A stretch of DNA of 64,000 bases from Adineta vaga (taxonomy: Eukaryota; Animalia; Rotifera). Position 1 is the stretch's first letter; each line of letters begins with the position of its first letter. The notes under the pieces are model-generated. The model was not told the origin of the DNA. It searched no databases and worked only from the letters and a program-made list of their open reading frames with translations. This document shows positions 1 through 11,842 of the stretch, in pieces. The position numbers and the translations under genes are program-made. The stretch is taken from assembly GCA_021613535.1 (NCBI GenBank), contig CP075496.1, positions 12,896,001-12,960,000 of the forward strand, read 5' to 3'.

Positions 1-2648
1 AAATAGATGAATTGTTTATTATTATTATTATTTAGGACATTTTATATAATGCTTTGATTGAACCATTATCGCGTGATTTATTTGAATACATTCAACAAGT
101 TCAACCGAATGAAAATCTCTTTCGACATTTAACTGATCGATCAAATGTTCGACAAATGACTGGTAGTGGATTAAAACCAGCTTATACAGAACCTACAGAT
201 CCGTTTGTTCGTGACGTAAGAATTATTTTCTTCTAAAATTCTTATTTTACTCATCGATAATCTTCTTGTTTTTCAGGCATTTGATAAATTAATTGAGTTA
301 GGAATGAAAGAAGAGGATGAAAATAAAATTTTAGCTTTAAAATTCTTTGTCAAACAAGTTCCACAATATAAATTAGAGTAAATATTTTCTTATTCATCTA
401 ATGTAAAGATATATTCATTCTATTTAGTGCCAGTGCATCAACTGAAGCAGTAACTAGACCAGGTACAATCCATATAAATATTCCTCCTGGACGTCGACAT
501 GATTTAAGTTTAAATATCAATCGTACTAATATGGAGAATTATCCTGCACGAAATTTAAATAATGATAGTGTAAGTATTAAAATCTTTCGAATATTATTGT
601 TTTGTCATTAGCAATTTTTTTTCTCCATCATAGTCCGATTGGTCTGAAATGTTTGGAGCTGTGACAATGCAAGCACCAAATCAACAAGAAAACATTCCTC
701 CTAATTCAAATGACAAAACAATTCAAGAAAATACAGATGAAGCAATGTTAGTTGATACGGTACAATATCAATTACCCTCAACAGAAAATATAACACAACA
801 TCGACAACATTATTTTATTGAACCAACAACAAAAATATTACGAACAGGTTTGAAGAAATTCATTCATAAACGAGTTCTTGTAATTAAATCATTTTCATTG
901 AAGGTCTTCGTTTACAATGCCTGACAGAACAAACTAATTTAGTATTAAAACATCAAGCTGTCTATCGAGAAGATTGTCAACGAGCAAAATTACTTAAACG
1001 TAGTGTACCAACGAATGTTTTTGAAATATCAGATCAAAAACTTTGGACACCACAAGGTACTCTTCTTGGTCATGTTCATTTACATAATGGCAAAATAACA
1101 AAGTAGAAATGAAATTTTAATGAGAATTTTTGAATAGAAAGATCTATTGATTTTAGATTAACATCAAGTCTTGTTTCACCATCGGCTACATATTATACAC
1201 AATTTTTTGCTACCGGTGATTCGAAAGGAGCAATACGATTATGGGATATCAATCAATTCCAAAAATCGCTAATCTTTCGACCATCAAGAGCAATTCGTGG
1301 AACACGTATGTATAGATTTTTCTTTTGTAATGTGAAGTTTACCTACTGAATAAGAAAAAGAACTATTGTAATTGTTGATTTTGTTTTAGCATCATCTGTT
1401 CGTGGTTTAGCATTTACATCGGATAATAATTTAAATCTTGCTTCGCTGAATGAAAATGGTCAATTGAATATTTTTGAGTAAATACAAACAAAATTTTTTA
1501 TAACTAAAATTTATTTCAATCGTTTGTATTTTTTTTTGTTTAGTCTTAGTTCAGCAACGGCAGATATTCGTGAACCATTCTATAATTTAGAATTAAATGT
1601 TGCTGATGTTGGTGTACCAATTGATTTAAAATATTTTAATACAGGTTCGCAAGATATTTTAGCATTAGCTACATCTCAAGGATTAATTGTTGGTATTGAT
1701 ACTCGATGTTCATCACCAGTATTTCGATTTAAAAATGATTTGAATCATCGTAAGAAAATCGATTCTTTTCATTGATAATTTAGAATTTAGTTTTATTTCT
1801 CTTTAGGTTTAATAACTGCATTAGAAGTTGATGAACTTCAATCATGGTTAGCTGTTGGTACGGGTAGTGGATTTATTGATATATGGGATATGCGTTTTCA
1901 ATTATGTATACAAGGAATGAGACATCCGACAGGTAAGGAAAAGAAAATCTTGAAATATAAACTAATTTTATTTTCAATCATTTAGGTGCACGTGTTATTA
2001 CTCTTCTTCGTCATCAAGATCAACCGAGTAGTTTAATCAGTTCTTTTCAAGGAAACAACGAAGTAGCTATATGGAATATTGATAAACCACAAACACGTCA
2101 AAAAGTCTTTTGGCCATCACCTGCAACACCACTTTCTTTAACACAGGTATGCATAGAAACTTTCGACGAAAAACAAACAAAACTTAACGATTTTCATTCA
2201 TTTTTAGTCACTTAATCATTATATAGCAGCCATGTTTCTATGGAAAAATGATGGTTCAACATCATTACTCTGTGCAGGAACAGATATGCGTATAAGAAAT
2301 TGGAATTTAACTCAACCATTACGATCATATATTGTCTGTCGAGGTCCAGCTGATGATGATATATTAACAGCACGTTATCAACCAAAAATAATTGATGGTG
2401 TTGAAGTTACTGTTGAAGAATATCATAAACGAAGACATGCCTCACCACCATCAACAACAGGTACATCAGCAAGTGCTGCTTCTATTTCATCAACAACAAC
2501 TACAGAAATAAAAACAACGAAATCAAGTGCAAATATACCATCAGCACATACAGATACAGTTACATCGATGCAATTAGTTATGTCTAAAGAACGTACACCT
2601 TATTTGATTACTGTTTCATGTGATGCCGTTGTTAAAATCTGGAAATAA
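1..2648 (+). CDS. PIK3R4: PI3K regulatory subunit 4 / Vps15, 3' part (coiled-coil and WD40 region); 5' end lies outside the window; multi-exon
   Basis: Spliced exons give WTPQGTLLGHVHLH, LALATSQGLIVGIDTR, GLITALEVDELQSWLAVGTGSGFIDIWDMRFQL, CAGTDMRIRNWNL and a C-terminus AHTDTVT...LITVSCDAVVKIWK*, matching the Vps15 WD40 C-terminus. Confidence 0.9.
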
Positions 2649-3799
2649 TAGACAATTTTATGAAGTGCACCCGATTGTCTTTCGTCGTTCGAAAAAACAT
2701 ATACATACACATATACATATACATATATATATAAATATATAAGAAATAAACAATGAACCTAGTCTTCTTCTTTTTTTTGTGTTCTGCATTAATCAAGTGT
2801 TTGAACGTTTTTATTTATATAAATATAAATACCAACCAATTAAACCGGTCAGATTCATCGATTTTCTGTATATTAATCTTTATATATGTACTATACAGAT
2901 TTTTATAAGAAAAAAAAATTTGAAACTAAAACAAAGATTTATGTATTTCTCCCTTTTTTTTGTTGTATACAAGCTAAGTATGATGTTTTCGTTTATTTCT
3001 TCCACTTCTTCTTTTGACTTTTTTTTGTATGATTTCGATACCGTATATTAAAATCAAGACAGTTTGAAAAAAAAAAATATATATATACATTTGCATAGAC
3101 AATTGATTTTACCCGATTCAAAACGAATAGTGATAAAAATAGCAACATGTGTGAAAAATAAAACAAAATAACATCTGGTGGTGGGCAGATTTTTTTATGC
3201 TAATAGAAAAAAACATAGAATCCATTTAATCTTTTGATAACATTTTTATCGAAATTTGTTTTATTCACCTGACCGAACGAGAAAATAAATATGATAAAAA
3301 AAGGGAAAGTCAAGCAATTTAGAGGGAGTGCAGTCGCATTCTCCTTGAAACAGTTTAGTCACTGTGCCACACCCACTAAGAGGTTTCTTGAATCCTCGAC
3401 TGACGGATTCTGTGTCTTTTGTTTTGTACTACCATTTTCTCGAGTAGGTTCTTTCTAATTTATTCGACTTGATCTAGCTTATGAAATAGTTGAGTACATT
3501 GAAATATCTTATCTTTCATCTTTATTTTCACCGACTTTCAATTCACTGTGATTCTTGTCATATAAATAACTTTTATTTAATTTTCAATAGATAATAATCT
3601 TGGATTAATTTTCATTTTTTGTTAATTTCGTGATTAAATGATTCTTTTATTGAGTAAATATTGAATGAAGAAGCAAGCGTGTGAGTAAATGAATACAACA
3701 CAGCACGACACTAAAGAAGGAGAGCAGTTATGTGCACTAAGAAAAGCATGAGGATAATAAATGAGCAAGCAAGGAAAAGAAAAATGAACGAATGAAAAG

Positions 3800-4006
3800 T
3801 TAAATATTAATGTCCATTGAAAATTTCTTCAAATAATAGACGGTCTGTGTAACCAATCGAACAACTGACGAGAAGATTTTTGTTGTCAAACCACAGGTTG
3901 GCTTTTGGGCAACATCTTGTTTCGTCATTGATGCCGATGGTGCTTGGCCAGCACCGTCGTTAGTCGCCGTCATCAATTCCAGACGACGACTTAATTCGGG
4001 AGTTTG
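3800..4006 (-). other. 68-codon in-frame open extension directly after the polyamine oxidase TGA (candidate stop-codon readthrough region)
   Basis: CCA CCC TGA CAA ACT... stays open until TAA at 3800-3802: QTPELSRRLELMTATNDGAGQAPSASMTKQDVAQKPTCGLTTKIFSSVVRLVTQTVYYLKKFSMDINI. It is more GC-rich than the flanking UTR and contains two hairpins. The ORF itself is certain; readthrough is inferred. Confidence 0.5.
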
Positions 4007-6108
4007 TCAGGGTGGTTCTTCACGTTTCCATTGAATTTTATTGAAATCATCAGTGTTGGCTTTAACCAACATTTCCGTGTCATTCTTCACGATCAATTGT
4101 TGAGCTACATGTAATGCTTGACTCCGACCAGTTATGAAAGCTCCCGTTACAGTTGAATAATAGCGAGTATGGGTGTGTTCTCCCGCAAAAAATACTCGTG
4201 ACTAAAAGTGATATGAATATTATTGAATGAAGACGAAGAAAAAAGAGACAAGAAAGATATATAATGAAAGTTAATCAAACCTAATATCAATTTTTTTTTG
4301 TCTTCTTCATCGTCATCATGGGAACAGAAACTAGATAAATAAACAACAACAAACCGAGTAACAAATAGCGTATTCAACAATTCCTAGGTTATTATATGGA
4401 TATTTCATCCCAAGATATCGTCTACCTGCGCCTCGTCATCGTGTGTTGTCCATCAATCGGAATCTACCCTTATGAGAGACTACTAAAACAACTTCAAGCA
4501 TAAATATATCATTACGAGCTTTTTTACAAGTGTTTTTTTTTGTATCTCTTCGATGGAAACTTACTTTATTATGGCCAGCTAATGGTTTGGCTAAATCTCG
4601 AATATGTTGCCAAGATGAAGCACCAACAGGTACGTACGAATACGAACCTTTGGCACATGGATTTGAAAACCATTGTGTACTAAAGAAAAACAAAAGAATT
4701 TGTTTTATTCTCAATATATTCCAATGGATTTCTTTTTACATACCGAGTAACTTTCGTTGGTAATGGTATATCATTATTTTTTAATGATTTTCGAAATAAA
4801 TTTGTTAAAACATTTCCAATATATGTTTCATCCAATTGTTCACAAAAAATAGCTTCATCGCCCGTAATCCAACATAACAAAACATTATCATAAACTTTTT
4901 GAAATAAGAAGATTTTCTTGTACCATTCTTTCTTAATATCCAATGTATCATGTTCACGATCATATACAATAGCTAGTGAATCACCAGCAAAAAAATCCAG
5001 TTGATCATAAAATAAATAGATTTTATCGACAGTACCCATATCCATTTTTTGGATTGCTTCAATTTTCCATGCTGAAAGAAATATTATTTGTTAGACAATT
5101 ATGTAGAAAGATTGAATGAGTTTACCTGGTAATGCTGGAGTAAATAATGATTTATAACTCCATTTCATAACAGCTAATGGAATAGTACAAATAACATAAT
5201 CACATTCATAGATATTTCCATTTGCACATGTTATTCGAACATGATTATCCGTATCCCATTCAATATTTTCAACAAATTGTTCGAATACAATCCAATCTTG
5301 TGGTATTTGAGAACGTAAATAACGAATTAAAGTTGAATAACCACATGGAAATTCCATATCTGGACCTTTTGGTCGTTGGTATGAACCAAATTCAGCATAT
5401 GAAACCTGTTCCATTGATTGACAACCACATTCGCCTGTTTCTTGATCAAATCTAAAATAGGAGAAGAAAAAATTGCATATAATGATGGTACTTAAGTTTC
5501 ATTATACCGTCGTTGAAGTAATTTAAGTTTCAAACAACGTGTTTCCTGATCTGAACCATTTTGATTAAGAAAATTTTCGAATCTTTCCAAGAAAACTTTA
5601 TGAATACTTGTTGATGATATTTGATTATTATTTTGTTGTTGAAGTTCAAATAAATCCCGTGTATCTTGTAATAAAGTTTCAAAAAATTGATCAACTTCAT
5701 GATGTAATTCGCATGAAATGTTTGAACCATGTTCATCAACACAAGTACCAATATCAAAATTAAGAATTGTACCTGTATGTGATGGAAATTTTTCACGTTG
5801 AGCTAATTCATAGACAGGATTTTCTTGTAAGCCATGCATCCAACACGCACCCATTTCTAATGGTTTTGATGAATCTTTGTCCATGTATTCGGTGAGGATG
5901 CGACCACCGATACGATTGGAACCTTCAAGAATTAAAACAGATTTACAACCGGATTGATACAATTGGTATGCCGCTGATAAACCGGCTGTACCAGAACCAA
6001 TAATTATTGCTTGACGACATTGAGAAATCTATTAGAGGTAAAGATGATGATGAGGAGGAAAGAGATCAATTCAGAGATTCTTACTGGATTTTGATCGACC
6101 GTTGACAT
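4007..6108 (-). CDS. Flavin-dependent polyamine oxidase (spermine oxidase / PAOX family), multi-exon
   Basis: MSTVDQNP|ISQCRQAIIIGSGTAGLSAA (GxGxxG FAD fold), ILEGSNRIGGRI, EMGACWMHG, CDYVICTIPLAV, MGTVDKIYL, WFSNPCAKGSYSY. The last exon (4201-4007) reads SRVFFAGEHTHTRYYSTVTGAFITG...KREEPP*. First in-frame stop is TGA at 4007-4009. Confidence 0.9.
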
Positions 6109-6162
6109 GTTCACTTGTCAACAAAGAATTGTTTGCAGAAATAAGAACCGCCACGTCTGGGC

Positions 6163-6288
6163 CTAACTTGTAAGTGAAGTTCCTTGTCTAAAAACAGAAT
6201 CAAGGAAATGATATTTTTTTGTTTTTATCGGATAGAAATCACTCTTTATATACACTTCTATGTTTTTTTGTACGTGAATAAAGTCCAT
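6163..6288 (-). promoter_or_regulatory. Upstream AUG / uORF of the polyamine oxidase gene
   Basis: ATG at 6288-6286 opens 41 codons if unspliced (TAG 6165-6163). If the GT-AG segment 6273-6188 is spliced, it gives an out-of-frame uORF overlapping the main start and ending at 5943. Whether it lies in the mRNA is unknown. Confidence 0.4.
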
Positions 6289-7024
6289 ATGACGGCAAAA
6301 TACGAAGAAAAAGAGCGAGAGAGAAAAGGAGAAATCAATGGGGTTAAAGTCAGATGACTATGCGTTATTATCACGCAGTGTAATCATGATAGCAAAGAAT
6401 CGATATATTAGGGTGTGAGAAATAATTTATCGTTTTATCTGTAAGTAAATATTTGTTTATTCCTATGTTATGAATATTTATAGTTTCTTTCAATTTACGT
6501 CATTCTACTCGCAAAAAAAGGAATATATCAAATTGCGTAGGAACCTGTTACATATATGGTACTAATAGCAGAAAAAGAATATTATATAAATGCGCTAAAT
6601 GTTCTTCTCGGAATGATGTCGTAATAAAGAACATTCTTTCGAAAGAAAGAAAAAAAAGAATCATGTGATGTTATTGTTTATTATTTCCTTTCAATCTCGC
6701 TGGCATATTCAAGGCTCTTGTATCTCCTTGAACGGAAGAAAGAGAACTGACTAAAGTTTTAATCCCATCTATAGATGACACTAGTGATCAATCGAATTTG
6801 ACAATTATTTTATTCCATATCAAGATTTGTAATTTTTTATAGTTAAGAAAATTTTTATTTATTCAAAATAAGAAATAAAATCATGTTTGATAAATTCAAC
6901 AAAAGACAAAGAATAGATGTCACAAATAGCATTAAACAAAGACCAAAACTGTAAAGTACAGACAGTACAATCATTTGTATCAAAAAAATCATTCAAATAA
7001 TTAAATTATTCAAACGAATTCAAA

Positions 7025-10000
7025 ATGACAGATCTTGATAATACACAAATTTTAACGGCTGATGAAAGTCTTTCACATGATTCTTCAACAATTGATACAG
7101 TATGTTTCGAATTTCTTTTTTTTGCAATTTATATCAATTTTTCTTCTAGGAAGCTTCATTAACGATTATCAGTGGTACTGATTCCAATACCTATCAAATA
7201 GGAAGTTAGTATTTTCTCTTTCATTTTCATATTCAATATTACATTCATATATTTGTTTTTTTCTCTTTTCCTTAGAGGAAACAGTTATTGGTCGAGCAAA
7301 TCCATCAGATTTAGTTATTCCTGCTCCGGTATGACATTTTGTTTGGAAGTTTCATTTATTTCTCTTGTTTACTTTAGTCTCTTTCTAAACGACATGCAAA
7401 AATAACTTTTACTAATGGACAATATTTCATAACTGATCTTGAAAGTAGTAATAAAACATTTCATAATAAAGTAAGAAGAACTTTGTTTAAATTTCAAATT
7501 TGTTTTTTATTTATAAAATCATCTTGAAATAGATTCAACTTCAACCAAATGTTTGTTATGCATTACATAATGGTGATGAAATCAAATTCGGTGATATCAT
7601 TTGTTCATTTCAAGAACAAACACAATCGAATAAGAATGTAAGTATTCATTATTTATTTTGAAAATTTAATAATTAATAAACATCATTCAAGACATTGTCT
7701 GAACCAACATATCAAACTTATGTACCAGCCGTGAATACTCTTGTTGAAGAGGATTCACCATGGCCATTGGATGATGATGAAATACCTTCATCGGTAGGAT
7801 GAAAGTGTGTTCGTGTGACTATGTTCTTGTCTAATCTATGCTTAATTATTTCTGTTTTATCTTGTCAGGTCTAATCAATATTTTATTTCATTCTATTTTT
7901 TCTTCTTAGATTGTTACAGAAACAAATGTTGATGTTATTCGTAAGAAGATTTTATAGTGTGATGTCAAAAAAATGATTTGATTGGTCTTTTTTGTTTTCT
8001 AGCATCAACGCAAACAATATCAGATTCATATGATGATCAAGAACCTACACAACCAATGAAAATTTGGAATGGAAATAATCATAATACAAATCGTATGTAT
8101 CGAAATTCTATAAATTAGAAAACAATTGTTTTTATCTATGTTATCATATTTATTTTAGGACTTAGTCGAACAAGTATGAAAAGTAAGAAATTAAACCAAT
8201 TTTTTTATTCCGAATATTTTCTTTGCTTAGATTCTGAAGATGTAATTCCTAAACAAAATGGTACTAATGATATTCCATCGAATAAATCAGCATCACTTAT
8301 TTCTTCAACTTTATCAAATAGTGATGATGATGATGATAATAATTTAGTCATTGGTGCAGCAACATTACCAGCAACTGTACCTATACTTATTGAATCAACA
8401 CAAATAAATAATGATGATCAACTAGAAATTGTTTCATCGTCACAAACAAAAAGAGTTACTGAAGAAGAGACCGGTGTTGTAACAACAGTAGAAACAATGT
8501 CGACGACAACTGTAGAAGAAGTTGAAATTGAAAATACGCAAGCCTACGATCTTGAACCAACCGGTGAGATTAGTTCGTCAGATAATCCGATAGCTGATAC
8601 TCAACCGTATGAACTTGAAAGTGAACAAATTGTCACCGATATGGTTGAAACCAAATGTGAAGAAGTTCATAAAGTTGTTATCAGTGGTGATAAATTGATT
8701 GAAGAAATTACGACAACTACAACAACAACTACAATGATTATTGAAAATGAAAATCCACCAACAGATACATTAGCTTATGAACTTCAACCAGCGACAGAAG
8801 AAATAACAACGACAACTACAACAAAAACGGAAACGATGACAACTATTATTGAAAATACTAATTTACCGATGCAAACTTTAGCATATGATCTTCAACCAAC
8901 AAATGAACAAATTGATCTTGATGCAACTGCACCAGCTGTATGTACTGATACACAAGAATATAATATTGATGAAGAGATGAATGATGAATCACCGAGACCA
9001 GCATCTGAAACGCTTGAAGTTGTACCTGTAGAAAAATTGGTTGAACAACTTGACGATGCAGAAAAACAAAACGATGATACAACATCCAAACAACAAATTG
9101 AAGTTATTATTGATCCAGATGTTGCTAAAATGGTTGCAGCAGATGAACAAATGGAAACCAATCAATCAGGTAAGATTCGTTCCTTTCCAAATATATAAAT
9201 CAATCGAATGATTAATTTTGTAGAAATTTCATCAACAACCAATGATGATAATAAACGATCAGAAACAACAACGATTGATAAGCAACAAGAAAATGTACTA
9301 GAACAAACTTCAAATACATCGACAGTTGAGCAAATAGAAAAAATCAATGAAGAAAATAAACCAACTAATATGGTAAAGAAGAGGTTTATTTATATATCGA
9401 TAAGTTTTTATTTTATTTTATTTCAACGATAAATAGGAACAAGAATCAACTATGACACTTGAATCAGAACAGAAAATCGATGAATCAAGTGGTAAGTTTC
9501 CTATCGAAGACATTATTTGATTTCATGTCGAGCAAAATATTATTGTTCTGATATAGATGCTTCAACACCTGAAGAAACACCATTATCTATTCCGGAAAGT
9601 GAAGAAAATCAACAGAAAGAAGAAGAAGAACAAGAAGAGAATCAAGAACAAGATGGAGAAGAATTGTCTGTTTCTGTTCGCGGTCAACGTGGTATTTCTC
9701 GACGAGGATCTCGCCGTGGTCGAGGACGTCGCGGTGGATCTACACGTGCTCGTGTTGTTAGTACACGTGCACCGAGTGGACGTCGTAGTGCTGCTAGTTT
9801 ACAACCATCGACAAATGGTGATGACGTCAAAAATGTCTCATTAGAAGAAATAGTAAACACTGAAACAGAAGAATTACCAAAACCTGTTGTTAAAACTCCT
9901 GATGTTGAACGAAAACCAAGTCAAATAGAACCGGTTACATCTATGTCAGAACACAGCCAGTAGATACTTTAGCATCTAGTCAAACAGATACTAGCTCAAA

Positions 10001-11433
10001 TGTTCGAGTATCTGGTAAGATATAATCTGAATTGTATTTCTTAAAGTTCTATATCGATCTATTCATTGATTTTTCTAGCTCGAATCAAAGCTCGTGCATC
10101 AAGTGGTCGAAATCGTCAATTTCCATATACCGATGATTATGTTGATTTAGATGATCTTGAAAAACAATCAAAAGTTTCGAGTACACCACAAACATCAGTA
10201 CCGACTACGGCAGGACGTCGATCAACTCGTGGTGGTCGCAGTTCATCTGCACCACAAAAACGTATTAGTCTTCGACAGCAACCTATTGATGCATCTGCAA
10301 GTTCCGATGAAAAATCCACGAAAACAAAAGATACGGTAGATGTTTATGATCAAATGGATACTGGTGGTGAAAATGAAGAACCAAATCTATCAACAAGATC
10401 CATTGGACGAAAAAGAAAAAGTACAACACCAGTATCATCTACTACTCCGGTGACGACAAAACGAACGTATGTAGAATTCAATCAAAATGTCATCCTATGT
10501 AAAAGTATTTCATATTTTTCTAGTCGTACAGTAACACCACAAACTGTACCAGTTACAAATGCACGCCGTAGTCAACCTTCAAATGTAGATCTATCAACTT
10601 CTACAAATACTGTTACACCAAAACGTGGTCGAAAACCGACAAAAACAACAGAACAAGCACCAGAAGAATCAGCATCTATCACTGATCGTCCCGTTCGCAT
10701 CGCGCTCAGTAGTCATTTAGTAAGACACTTGATCTAGTCTTTTTACAATTTCATCTTTATTTCAATTTATTTCAGAATTTTGATCAAAATCATTTAATAA
10801 CATTACGTCAATTAGGTTTTGAAATCATGGATGAATCGTGTCATGTTGATGCACTCGTTGTCGATCGTATCAGACGTACGAAGAAATTCTTCATGTGTCT
10901 TGCACGTGGTGCACATATCTTATCACCAACATGGATTGAAGCGATGATTAAAGAAAATCGTTATATACCTTATGACAAATATTATCTTGAAGATACGAAT
11001 GCTGAATCACGTTATGGTTTTCAACTACGTGAAAGTGTTCGTTTAGCTAAACAACGGCCAATTTTTGAAAATTATAAATTTTTCTGTACGAAAGATACTT
11101 CACCACCTTATGAAGATTTGAAAGATATTGTTGAAGCTGCTGGAGGAAAATTTATTGAGAAAATTAATATGACCAAACCGGGAAAAGATTTAATCTGTAT
11201 TGTTGCTCAAGTACATAAAAATGAATATGAAGATTTATATAAGAAAGGCGTACCTATTGTTAGTGAAGAATTTGCATTGAGTGGTATATCAAAACAAAAA
11301 CTTGATTTTGAACCGTAAGTAATAGAAATTGAATTAGAAAATAAGTTATACTTTGCATCTTGTTCTTTTTCTTTCTAGATTTTCTTTATTTCAAAATGCT
11401 GCTACTTCAGTTAAAACAACTGGAAGTAAATAA
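7025..11433 (+). CDS. MDC1: MDC1-like DNA damage mediator: N-terminal FHA, acidic TQxY repeats, S/T/P/R-rich linker, C-terminal tandem BRCT
   Basis: MTDLDNTQIL start; FHA motifs (VIGRA..DLVI..SLSKRHAKI..ITDLESSNKTF..LHNGDEIKFG); NTQAY/DTQPY/DTLAY/QTLAY/DTQEY repeats; tandem BRCT (ALVVDRIRRTKKFFMCLARGAHILSPTWI...LKDIVEAAGGK). Confidence 0.8.
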
Positions 11434-11842
11434 TCTAGAACTCTCTTGTTTGATTTGTATATAATCTCGATGTTGTTATTAACATTTGTTTTGTTTTTCT
11501 TGTTTTGTTTGATGAAAGGCAAAAGAAATCAACTTTCTAGATGTGCTTGTGTGTTATATGCTTTTGTGTCTTGTATACTTTATATTTTGTCAATGATGAA
11601 GTTCATCGATAAACAAAAGTTGTCTTTATTTCTTCTTTGTTAAGATTAATTTTGTCACATGATTTTGTCTTTTTTTCTTTTTCTCAACAAAATGAGCAAA
11701 AGAATCAACAAGAATGTTCTGTTCTATGTTAAATAAACGATGGATATAAAAAGGTTACTTCTTATCAGTGACACTTTTTCGATTTGTTATATTCTTCTTT
11801 TCTTTCTATATTTTGTTTTTCATAGAACCATTTGAACAACAA

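Noticed and set aside
2779-3051. Many 60-150 aa ORFs in the track rich in F/L/I/K (also 15546-17108, 22072-24405, 34335-37103, 62727-63213)
   Set aside because: They are translations of AT-rich UTR or intergenic DNA, microsatellites, or antisense shadows of real exons; they show no domain motifs or splice support.
3860-3975. SECIS element that would make the UGA a selenocysteine codon
   Set aside because: ATGA...AA...GA words are present, but the spacing and stems do not fit a canonical SECIS by eye. Not supported without a covariance-model search.
3990-4012. Antizyme-like +1 frameshift at CCC-TGA of the polyamine oxidase
   Set aside because: The +1 frame gives only DKLPN* and the other frame closes after about 16 codons. 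Only the zero frame has a long extension, so readthrough fits better.
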